Virus record (IMG/VR): IMGVR_UViG_3300017784_005923 | Span: 1-40,991 of that record | Source: a virus | Lineage: Duplodnaviria > Caudoviricetes | DNA: 40,991 bases | Reading direction: 5' to 3' (one strand) | Shown here: positions 28,985-36,750 of the stretch, one piece after another | Layout of the letters: each line of letters starts with the position of its first letter | Numbering within the stretch: position 1 is the first letter of the stretch | Notes under the pieces: generated by a model | What the model saw: only the letters and a program-made list of their open reading frames with translations | Told to the model about the DNA's origin: nothing | Database searches by the model: none | Program-made: the position numbers and the translations under genes

Positions 28985-29007
28985 ATGTATAAAATTAAAT
29001 TTCAATT

Positions 29008-30264
29008 ATGTATTCTAAAGAAATTAAATATCTATCTGAAGCATATTCTAATGTATACTCAGAACCTCAAAATAATTGCCAAGAATTATATGATTCTGTT
29101 TTACAATTATGTATTTTAGAAAATATATTTGATACCTTAGAAGAATGTGAAGATTATGCAGAATCTTTAGTTGTAGAAAACCTTGTTGAGGATTTTGTAG
29201 TTTCTATTTTAGAACATTATCAAATTGATGACATAGAAAACTTAAATGAATCGTTAGAGTTTTTAGGAGAAAATAGACACGCGGCACTTAGAGGAATTAT
29301 TAATGCTCTAAGTGCCGGTGGAAGAACTAAAGCAGGACTTTCTTCGTTAACTGCACTTGGTAGAAGAGCAGAAACTATTGTAAGGGGTGCTCCAGCATCA
29401 ACTTCAATCAGATCTGCAAGAGCTGCTAGAATTCCAGCTCCAGCTCCAAGGGAACCTGGAACATATTTAAGATTAATGAACAGAAGACAAGAAATTAGAG
29501 ATTTGAATAGAACACGCGGTCTCATAGGAACTAATCCTCCTACTAGACCCAGTGGAGCACCAGGAGTTGGTGATCCTATTGGGAGAGCAGTTCAAGTTGG
29601 TAAAAAATCTAAAGAACTTAGCGACAAATCTCAAGAAGCAACTCGTCTTGCTATTCGTGCTGAGCGCATGAAAAAGAATAATTATGGAAAGTTATTTAAA
29701 ACTAATAAGACTGGATTTCCTTTGAGTCCTGCTGCCACGGCACTAGCGGGAGGACTGGGAGCCGCCATAGGGGCCCCTATTGCTGATAATATACTTAATC
29801 CTAAGAATGTTAGTCCTAAGAAAGTTGTTCCTAAGAAAGTTGGTACTAAGATAGTTGGTGATAAGAAAGTTGGTGTTGGGAAAGTTGGTGTTGGGAAAGT
29901 TGGAACTATATCCCAAGCTTTTGATAAATCATATAGTTCTGCAAAAAAATCTGGATTAAAAACATTTGATTTTCAAGGAAAAAAATACACTACAGAATCT
30001 TTTGATTCTTATGATGTAATTCTTCATCATATAATTGACGAGGGTTATGCTGATACTGAAGATTCTGCACTTGTAATTATGGCAAATATGAGTGAAGAGT
30101 GGAGACAGAGTATTGTTGAGGACGATGATAATGCCTATGCGGCAGGTAAGTCAGCAAGCTATGATACAAGAAGTGATAGACGAAAAAGAATGGATGAATT
30201 TGCTAGAAAACGTCAAATGGACGCAGATGCTAGAGCATCGGGTTATAAGGTTAAAGGTGTTTAA
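29008..30264 (+). CDS. Late hypothetical protein, putative internal virion protein
   Basis: 418 aa with an acidic N-terminus (LSEAY), a basic low-complexity middle and a D.IL.H.IDEGYADTE.SA..IMANMSEEW module. Confidence 0.75.
   Translation: MYSKEIKYLSEAYSNVYSEPQNNCQELYDSVLQLCILENIFDTLEECEDYAESLVVENLVEDFVVSILEHYQIDDIENLNESLEFLGENRHAALRGIINALSAGGRTKAGLSSLTALGRRAETIVRGAPASTSIRSARAARIPAPAPREPGTYLRLMNRRQEIRDLNRTRGLIGTNPPTRPSGAPGVGDPIGRAVQVGKKSKELSDKSQEATRLAIRAERMKKNNYGKLFKTNKTGFPLSPAATALAGGLGAAIGAPIADNILNPKNVSPKKVVPKKVGTKIVGDKKVGVGKVGVGKVGTISQAFDKSYSSAKKSGLKTFDFQGKKYTTESFDSYDVILHHIIDEGYADTEDSALVIMANMSEEWRQSIVEDDDNAYAAGKSASYDTRSDRRKRMDEFARKRQMDADARASGYKVKGV
29800..29904 (+). repeat. 15 nt tandem repeat x7 (PKKVG/VGKVG pentapeptide)
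   Basis: cctaagaatgttagt cctaagaaagttgtt cctaagaaagttggt actaagatagttggt gataagaaagttggt gttgggaaagttggt gttgggaaagttgga. Confidence 0.9.
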
Positions 30265-30321
30265 AACCACTTTACAAACTGGCACAAGACCTCCCTATTA
30301 GGGAGGTTTTTTTTGTAATAT
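30265..30321 (+). promoter_or_regulatory. Repeated promoter-like element with embedded terminator, copy 2
   Basis: AACCACTT-N4-AACTGGCAC, then a 30 nt spacer containing the AAGACCTCCC/GGGAGGTTTT hairpin and T-run, then TAATAT. Confidence 0.7.
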
Positions 30322-30362
30322 AACAAGGTAAACATTGAAATTCAAACCAGTTCCACAAAATC

Positions 30363-31475
30363 ATGATAAACACAGAACAGGTTATTCAGGAACTTAAATC
30401 TTCATTTGGGGCAAATATTACCACTGGTGACATTCGTGGATTTTGTGCGTCTAGAAGTATTTCATATTCAATTGTAACTAATCTTTTAGAACAATTTAAA
30501 ACATCTCGTGGTCGTTGGAATTTAGAAGTGACTCAAGAATCAGTTGAAGAAATTGAACGCTCTTACCAAGCACCTGCAGTTATCTCTAAAGTAGAGCAAA
30601 ATTTTATTCCTGATAAAGATGATACCTTCGTCAAGTTTGGTAACTTTAATGATATTAAAAAAATTGTTCAGTCCCGTATTTTTTATCCTATATTTATTAC
30701 GGGTCTTTCGGGTAATGGTAAAACGCTAAGTGTAGAGCAAGCTTGTTCTCAACTTAATCGCGAATTAATTCGTGTCAACATTACAATTGAAACTGATGAA
30801 GATGATCTCATTGGTGGTTTTCGTTTGATAAATGGTGAAACTGTTTGGCATAATGGGCCTGTAGTAGAGGCGCTTAAACGTGGTGCTATTTTATTATTGG
30901 ACGAAATTGATCTCGCCTCCAATAAAATTCTTTGTTTACAATCTGTACTGGAAGGTAAAGGCACATTTCTTAAAAAAATAAATCAATTCGTAAAACCTAC
31001 TTTAGGATTTAATGTAATTGCTACTGCTAATACTAAAGGTAGAGGTTCTGATGATGGGCGTTTCATTGGCACTAACATTCTTAACGAAGCCTTTTTAGAA
31101 AGATTTCCTGTAACTTTTGAACAAGATTATCCTTCTCCAGCAATTGAACAGAAAATTTTAGAAGGTATTGCTTTAAATTTGGGATTAGATGAAAGTGATT
31201 TTTATAAACGTCTTGTTGATTGGGCAGACATTATCCGTAAAACTTTTCATGACGGTGGAATTGAAGAAATTATTAGTACTCGTCGTCTGGTTCACATTAT
31301 CCATGCTTACAGTATTTTTCAAGACAAAGCAAAAGCAATTAAAGTATGTGTAAATCGTTTTGACGATGAAACTAAACAGTCTTTTATAGAACTGTATGAC
31401 AAAGTAGATGTTGATTTCGTAATGCCATCTGAAGAGGATACCATCAATTCTAGTGATCAGGAAGAGTCTTATTGA
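30363..31475 (+). CDS. cobS: MoxR/CobS-like AAA+ ATPase
   Basis: GLSGNGKT Walker A, LLLDEID Walker B, ATANTKG.G, NEAFLERF and ISTRRL. This is the phage 'CobS' family; a cobalamin role is not implied. Confidence 0.9.
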   Translation: MINTEQVIQELKSSFGANITTGDIRGFCASRSISYSIVTNLLEQFKTSRGRWNLEVTQESVEEIERSYQAPAVISKVEQNFIPDKDDTFVKFGNFNDIKKIVQSRIFYPIFITGLSGNGKTLSVEQACSQLNRELIRVNITIETDEDDLIGGFRLINGETVWHNGPVVEALKRGAILLLDEIDLASNKILCLQSVLEGKGTFLKKINQFVKPTLGFNVIATANTKGRGSDDGRFIGTNILNEAFLERFPVTFEQDYPSPAIEQKILEGIALNLGLDESDFYKRLVDWADIIRKTFHDGGIEEIISTRRLVHIIHAYSIFQDKAKAIKVCVNRFDDETKQSFIELYDKVDVDFVMPSEEDTINSSDQEESY

Positions 31476-31500
31476 CAAGAGAGTGACTTTCTGATATAGT
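31472..31500 (+). promoter_or_regulatory. Sigma70-like promoter for the clamp/clamp-loader operon
   Basis: TTGACA-17 nt-TATAGT with an extended -10 (TGa). Confidence 0.8.
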
Positions 31501-31514
31501 TGATGGAGGTAATT

Positions 31515-31946
31515 ATGCCTCCCTTTATTTTGGTCAATTCCTGGAGTTTACTTTACGATACTATGTACGAACTTGAAAATAAAAAAAATCATGACAATGA
31601 ACATGATATTGATTTGATGCCTAATCTTAAATGCCATCTTTGGAAATATAATGAAGAACAAATTCTTAAAGATGTTTCTGAGTATGTAACAAGTACTTAT
31701 GGTAGTCACTACTGCGGACAAAATCAAGAGTATAAAGATATTCAAACAATTGATTTGATGGCAGCAAAGGATCTAGCACAAGATTTTTGTCAGGCAAACA
31801 TTCTCAAATATGGATCTCGTTATGGAGCAAAAAACGGAAGAAATAAACGTGACTTGATGAAAGTCATTCACTATTCTATGCTACTACTTCACTTTGATGG
31901 ACATTATTCTCGTCGTGATAATGGAATCAGTGAATTTTCACTTTAA
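31515..31946 (+). CDS. DUF3310-like conserved phage protein
   Basis: GGAGG SD before ATG 31515. HY...IQTID...F..ANILKY..RYG.K.G....DL.K..HY pattern. Confidence 0.72.
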   Translation: MPPFILVNSWSLLYDTMYELENKKNHDNEHDIDLMPNLKCHLWKYNEEQILKDVSEYVTSTYGSHYCGQNQEYKDIQTIDLMAAKDLAQDFCQANILKYGSRYGAKNGRNKRDLMKVIHYSMLLLHFDGHYSRRDNGISEFSL

Positions 31947-31948
31947 TT

Positions 31949-32635
31949 ATGAAATCTGAAACTACTATGAAATTTTCTAAAACTACTATTGATATTCTTA
32001 AAAACTTCACTACAATTAATCAATCTTTATTGTTTAAGAAAGGTAATGTAATTCGAACTATGTCTGTATTGAAAAATATTTTGGCAGAAGCAGTTATTGA
32101 AGAAGAACTTCCTAAACAATTTGCAATATATGACTTGAGTCAGTTTATTAATGGATTGGAACTTCAACCAGATTCTCAATTAGACTTTTCTCATGATTCA
32201 TATGTTTTGATTCAAGATAATTCTGATAACAAAACAAAATATTATTATTCAAGTCCAACTGTAATTATCAGCCCACCTGATAATCCTATGGAGTTACCAA
32301 GTCAAGACATTTGTTTTCAAATTGATTCTTCACAATTACAAAAATTATTGCGAGCATCTTCTACATATAAAGTTCAAGATCTTTGCGCTATTGGAGATGG
32401 AAGTACAATTCGATTAGTTGTTAAGGATAAAGAAAACAAAACATCAAATGAATATTCGATTAACGTGGGGATTACAGATAGAATATTTTCTATGAATTTT
32501 AAGGTTGAGAATATAAAAATTATTCCTGGAAAGTATGATGTTATAATTTCTAACAAAGGTATTTCCAAATTCACAAATTCTAGTCGCAACCTAGTATATT
32601 ATATTGCATTGGAACCAAACTCAACTTTTGAATGA
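31949..32635 (+). CDS. gp45: Sliding clamp gp45
   Basis: MKFSK.T..ILKNF..INQS, F.IYDL..F, FK.EN.K..PG.Y.V and Y.IALE motifs. The start may be the second Met (31967). Confidence 0.95.
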   Translation: MKSETTMKFSKTTIDILKNFTTINQSLLFKKGNVIRTMSVLKNILAEAVIEEELPKQFAIYDLSQFINGLELQPDSQLDFSHDSYVLIQDNSDNKTKYYYSSPTVIISPPDNPMELPSQDICFQIDSSQLQKLLRASSTYKVQDLCAIGDGSTIRLVVKDKENKTSNEYSINVGITDRIFSMNFKVENIKIIPGKYDVIISNKGISKFTNSSRNLVYYIALEPNSTFE

Positions 32636-32682
32636 ATATTTTTTTGTAATTGAGTTTAAATAAACATTGATTTGATTAAATT

Positions 32683-33627
32683 ATGATAAATGAATATCTT
32701 TGGGTGGAAAAGTATAGACCTCAAGTAATTGATGATTGTATTCTTCCACAAAATATCAAACAAACTTTTAAAGAATTTATTGAAAGTGGAGAAATTCCTA
32801 ATCTTCTCCTTTCTGGACCACCGGGAGTTGGTAAAACAACAATTGCAAAAGCACTATGTAATGAATTAGAGGTAGATTATCATGTCATTAACGGATCCGA
32901 CGAAGGTAGATTCCTTGATACTGTCAGAAACTATGCAAAAAACTTCGCTTCGACCTTATCACTTTCTTCAACTGCTAAACACAAAGTCATCATTATTGAC
33001 GAAGCAGATAATACTACCTCAGATGTTCAACTCTTACTACGGGCATTTATTGAGGAATTTAGTAACAATTGCAGATTCATCTTTACCTGCAACTATAAAA
33101 ACAAAATCATTCAACCAATTCATTCCCGATGTGCAGTTATTGAATTTGGCATTAAAGGAAAACACAAAATTGAGTTGGCAGAATCGTTTTTCAAACGTTT
33201 GCAAAATATTTTGGACGCAGAAAATATCCAATATAATAAGCAAGTTATTGCCACTTTAATTACAAAACATTTTCCTGATTTTAGAAGAATATTAAATGAA
33301 TGTCAAAGATATTCATCTAGTGGAAAAATTGATGCAGAAATACTTTCCGAATTTTTAAAAGTAAATACTAATGATCTTATTAAATCACTTAAAGAAAAGA
33401 AGTTTACTGAAGTTAGAAAGTGGGTAGTTTCTAATTTAGATAACGATACTTCTAGTCTACTTCGTGAAATTTATGATTCATGTTTTAATTGTCTTGTACC
33501 TACATCTATTCCTGCTTCCGTTCTTATTATTGCAAAGTATCAATACCAAAGTGCGTTTGTGGCTGACCAGGAAATTAACTTGTTAGCAGCATTAACTGAA
33601 ATAATGTGTGAGTGTGAATTTAAATGA
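32683..33627 (+). CDS. gp44: Clamp loader large subunit gp44
   Basis: LWVEKYRP, GPPGVGKTT, IIDEAD, SRC and FPDFRR motifs. Confidence 0.97.
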   Translation: MINEYLWVEKYRPQVIDDCILPQNIKQTFKEFIESGEIPNLLLSGPPGVGKTTIAKALCNELEVDYHVINGSDEGRFLDTVRNYAKNFASTLSLSSTAKHKVIIIDEADNTTSDVQLLLRAFIEEFSNNCRFIFTCNYKNKIIQPIHSRCAVIEFGIKGKHKIELAESFFKRLQNILDAENIQYNKQVIATLITKHFPDFRRILNECQRYSSSGKIDAEILSEFLKVNTNDLIKSLKEKKFTEVRKWVVSNLDNDTSSLLREIYDSCFNCLVPTSIPASVLIIAKYQYQSAFVADQEINLLAALTEIMCECEFK

Positions 33628-34238
33628 AAACGAAAATTAAAAAAGATTGGAAAGCATATTGCAAAACTTCTTTTAATGCATTGAATGCAAATATTGAGAA
33701 TTGGGGTAAACCAGAATTCTATCGTCCAATCACAAGAATCTATTACATTAATGTTTTTGATTGTGGACTTTCAAATTTTTCAGGTCTCATAAGTGAACAT
33801 GCATTAACCAATAAAAAGAATGGGAAAAAGGTTGTACATGATCATTGCCTTTCTCCTCAATTTATTGGTAGAATGATTATGGATAACCCAGATAAGTATT
33901 TGAAAAATTACTCTGATTTTGAAAATATATTCTGGGAATCTTGTAAAACTATATTGGTAACTCAAGAAGAAAACTTTGCTCTTTCTGCCCTCACTGAAAA
34001 TAATGGAAACGAATATAAAATTTATGTACCAACTAATAAAAAATATAATCATTTGGATATCAACCTTTATTTTAGACCAAATAAAAATGGTAGATGGTCG
34101 GAAACAGTTCCTTTAGACACTAATATGATTGACACCCCTAAAAATCTGCTAGAATATGAACAACAATATATTGTGACTCCAATGACTAATGATGATGTAA
34201 CATTTTGTTATGAGTCTAGAAGTATAGAGTGTAGTTGA
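33624..34238 (+). CDS. Hypothetical protein, possible HNH-like (beta-beta-alpha-metal) nuclease
   Basis: 204 aa with an ATGA overlap on gp44. IS..A...HDHCLSP...LVT.EEN..L pattern. Confidence 0.6.
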   Translation: MKTKIKKDWKAYCKTSFNALNANIENWGKPEFYRPITRIYYINVFDCGLSNFSGLISEHALTNKKNGKKVVHDHCLSPQFIGRMIMDNPDKYLKNYSDFENIFWESCKTILVTQEENFALSALTENNGNEYKIYVPTNKKYNHLDINLYFRPNKNGRWSETVPLDTNMIDTPKNLLEYEQQYIVTPMTNDDVTFCYESRSIECS

Positions 34239-34244
34239 GTAATT

Positions 34245-35303
34245 ATGTTATCACCTGAAAATTCTATATGGGCAGCAGATCAATTCATACAATATTATTC
34301 TAAATTTAATCGTATTGATGACTACATGCGGTTTGTAAAAACTAGCAGATTAATAAACTCTCCTGGTAAATTATTTGGTCCTGAAAATGAAATTTTTTCT
34401 AATTTTAATATTTCACCTAAAGAGATGATATTTTCTATCCATTTAGTGGATACAAGTCCAAAACCAAAATCTAAATACAATCAAAATCTATATTCTGAAA
34501 TTCTTAATTTAACTGCATCTAATGCAATTGAAGAAGCAATTCCTGGAAGAACGATAAAATGGATTGTTACTGAAGATACTACTGATAAAATAATAGGTGT
34601 AATTAGGTTTGGTTCTCCTACAATTAATTCCAAACCAAGAAATGAATACTTTGGGGAAGTTCTTCCTCTTGAAGTAATTAATAAAGAATTTGTAATGGGA
34701 TTTAACATTGTTCCAGTACAACCATTCGGATACAATTATCTTGGTGGAAAACTTCTAGCACTATTAGCATCTTCTAATGAACTTAAAAGACAATTTGATG
34801 TAAAGTATGGAACTGATTTACATTACTTTGAAACCACTTCACTATACGGTACAACAAAGGGAGTATCCATGTATGATGGTTTGAAACCTTATATTCGACA
34901 TATAGGTGATACTGAAAGTAAATTTCTTCCCCTATTTCATGATGATTACTTTAGGGAAATGTTTTGGTGGTTTAATAATAACGCTAATGGTGGTGAGCGT
35001 CTTATTTCTGCAGATAAATCTTCAAAGAAATTAAAGATTCAAACTAAAATGATTTCAATAATCATAAAGTCTCTTCAGGATACATCAAAGATAAATGAAT
35101 TTAAAAAATGTATTGAACATGCAAAGTCTCTTACTGAAAAGAAAAGGTATTACCTTTCAAAATTTGGATATGAACCTGAAGACGTAATTGAATGGTGGAG
35201 AGTCAAGGCAACACGAAGGTATGAAAAGTTGCTTCAAGACAACAAACTTAGAACAGAACTTGAACTTTGGGAACTTGGAAAGGACTTGGAGATTATACGA
35301 TGA
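34245..35303 (+). CDS. DUF4338/DruA-like protein
   Basis: PGR...W.V......IIG.I..GSP......R, PFGYNYLGGKLLALLA.S.E and ETTSLYG....S.Y......IG.T motifs. Confidence 0.75.
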   Translation: MLSPENSIWAADQFIQYYSKFNRIDDYMRFVKTSRLINSPGKLFGPENEIFSNFNISPKEMIFSIHLVDTSPKPKSKYNQNLYSEILNLTASNAIEEAIPGRTIKWIVTEDTTDKIIGVIRFGSPTINSKPRNEYFGEVLPLEVINKEFVMGFNIVPVQPFGYNYLGGKLLALLASSNELKRQFDVKYGTDLHYFETTSLYGTTKGVSMYDGLKPYIRHIGDTESKFLPLFHDDYFREMFWWFNNNANGGERLISADKSSKKLKIQTKMISIIIKSLQDTSKINEFKKCIEHAKSLTEKKRYYLSKFGYEPEDVIEWWRVKATRRYEKLLQDNKLRTELELWELGKDLEIIR

Positions 35304-35686
35304 CTTATGAATTAAAGGATTGGATGACATCGATAAATCAATCTAAAATTAATATAATTCAGGAGGATTTAGAATCTGAAAAAGAATATCCTCCATATAT
35401 TATTAATCGATGTATGTCTGGATTTGTTGAAACTATTATGTATTCAAATGAAATGAATATGAATCCACATTTAGACAAAAAATTACAGTATGATTTTTAT
35501 CTAAATACTATTAGATCTAAGAAAAGATTTTCTCCTTGGATGCATAAAGAAAAAATCAAAGACCTTGAATTAGTGAAATCTTACTATAACTATAGTAATG
35601 AAAAAGCAAAACAAGTTTTGAATATTCTAAATAGAGAACAACTAGAAAACATTAAATCCAAATTGGATACTGGAGGTATAAAATGA
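35300..35686 (+). CDS. gp62: Clamp loader small subunit gp62
   Basis: YPPYIINRC.S, NEMN....L...LQYDF..N.IR.KKRFSPW and YY.YSNEKA motifs. ATG 35300 overlaps the previous TGA. Confidence 0.94.
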   Translation: MTYELKDWMTSINQSKINIIQEDLESEKEYPPYIINRCMSGFVETIMYSNEMNMNPHLDKKLQYDFYLNTIRSKKRFSPWMHKEKIKDLELVKSYYNYSNEKAKQVLNILNREQLENIKSKLDTGGIK

Positions 35687-36123
35687 GTGTGGTGATTGAA
35701 TCTTTAGTTAACTGGTCTCAAGACCAAATGGTTCAAATAATGTTAAACGAGCCTGACGATTTTTTAAAAGTTAGGGAAACTCTTACTCGTATTGGTGTAG
35801 CATCTCGAAAAGAAAAAAAACTATATCAATCTTGTCATATTTTACATAAACAAGGTAAATACTATATTGTACATTTTAAAGAATTGTTTGCTCTGGATGG
35901 TAAACATACAAACTTAACTGTTAATGATGTTCAAAGAAGAAACACAATTACTCAATTGATTGCTGATTGGGGATTAGTCACTCCTGTTGATATATCAAAA
36001 ATTCAAGATCTCGCTCCTCTCAATCAAATAAAAGTTCTTTCTTTTAAGGATAAAGTTGATTGGATCCTTGAACCTAAGTATAATATTGGAAAAAAGAAAA
36101 CTGTTGTTGAAGAAATTGAATAA
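35683..36123 (+). CDS. regA: Translational repressor RegA
   Basis: PDDFLKVRETLTRIG.ASRKEK.LYQSCHILHKQG.YYIVHFKELF.LDG motif. Confidence 0.97.
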   Translation: MSVVIESLVNWSQDQMVQIMLNEPDDFLKVRETLTRIGVASRKEKKLYQSCHILHKQGKYYIVHFKELFALDGKHTNLTVNDVQRRNTITQLIADWGLVTPVDISKIQDLAPLNQIKVLSFKDKVDWILEPKYNIGKKKTVVEEIE

Positions 36124-36129
36124 AAATAT

Positions 36130-36154
36130 ACGGAGTTCCACACTCCGTTTTTTT
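36130..36154 (+). terminator. Intrinsic terminator after regA
   Basis: ACGGAGT-tccac-ACTCCGT stem-loop followed by a T-run. Confidence 0.85.
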
Positions 36155-36177
36155 GTATTAAATTAATATATACTACG

Positions 36178-36234
36178 TTATCAAATGCTTCGGGTTTGAT
36201 GATATAAACTCTCGCTTTTTAAGGAGCAAAAATG
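36178..36234 (+). promoter_or_regulatory. Structured hsp20 leader, ROSE-like RNA thermometer candidate
   Basis: C(UUCG)G-capped hairpin, then CUC(G)CUU-uuu-AAGGAG pairing the SD with a bulged G. Confidence 0.6.
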
Positions 36235-36666
36235 ATTAATCTTTCTAGGTACACATCTGCTGATCTTCCTGCCCTGATGGATAGGATTAATCGCAATAGT
36301 ATTGGAATGGACGAATATTTTGATCGTCTATTTAACCTTCATGAAACAACTTCGAATTATCCTCCATATAATTTAGTTCAAATTAATAGTATAGAGTCAC
36401 GTTTAGAACTTGCACTTGTTGGGTTTGCTAAAAAAGAAGTACTTGTTTATACACAAGATGGAAAACTTTTTATTGAAGGACAAAAAGAAGATAAAGAAAC
36501 TGAAACAAATTATCTACATAAAGGTTTAGCTCAAAGAAGTTTTACTAAAACCTGGTCTCTTGCTGATGATACAGAAGTCTCTTCTGTAAACTTTGAAGAT
36601 GGATTACTTACAGTAATTTTAGGAAGAATAGTTCCAGAATCACATAAGAGAAAAGATTATCTATAA
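36232..36666 (+). CDS. hsp20: Small heat shock protein Hsp20 (IbpA-like)
   Basis: NYPPYN, LELAL.GF, YLHKGLAQRSF and FEDGLL.V.L...VPE motifs; AAGGAG SD. Confidence 0.96.
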   Translation: MINLSRYTSADLPALMDRINRNSIGMDEYFDRLFNLHETTSNYPPYNLVQINSIESRLELALVGFAKKEVLVYTQDGKLFIEGQKEDKETETNYLHKGLAQRSFTKTWSLADDTEVSSVNFEDGLLTVILGRIVPESHKRKDYL

Positions 36667-36669
36667 ATA
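36662..36669 (+). promoter_or_regulatory. T4-type late promoter
   Basis: Exact TATAAATA overlapping the hsp20 stop codon. Confidence 0.7.
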
Positions 36670-36684
36670 ATAATGAGCTAAACT

Positions 36685-36734
36685 ATCGTTGCTGTGGGGA
36701 ACAGATGGTCAGAATCATCAATGTTCCCCCTTTT
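36685..36734 (+). ncRNA. Structured RNA element, abiF-like candidate
   Basis: ATCGTTGCTG leader, then hairpin GGGGAACA-GATGGT-caga-ATCATC-aa-TGTTCCCC, then CTTTT. GC-rich against the AT-rich background. The abiF resemblance is from memory only. Confidence 0.5.
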
Positions 36735-36750
36735 CCTAAATCTAACTAAA

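Noticed and set aside
29767-29780. Perfect 14 bp palindrome ATAGGGGCCCCTAT
   Set aside because: Single occurrence inside a Gly/Ala-coding stretch with no T-run or second copy, so chance cannot be excluded.
11971-33259. Alternative-frame + strand ORFs (11971, 13294, 19387, 19690, 30092, 32882)
   Set aside because: They are nested in core genes and have the Leu-rich composition typical of shifted-frame shadows.
34245-35303. A complete Druantia defence system
   Set aside because: Only a DruA-like gene is present. No DruE helicase or other Dru genes are in the window, and the context is a phage replication operon.
36694-36750. GTG start extending the nucleotidyltransferase N-terminus
   Set aside because: The extension overlaps the RNA hairpin and has no SD. 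ATG 36751 is more plausible.
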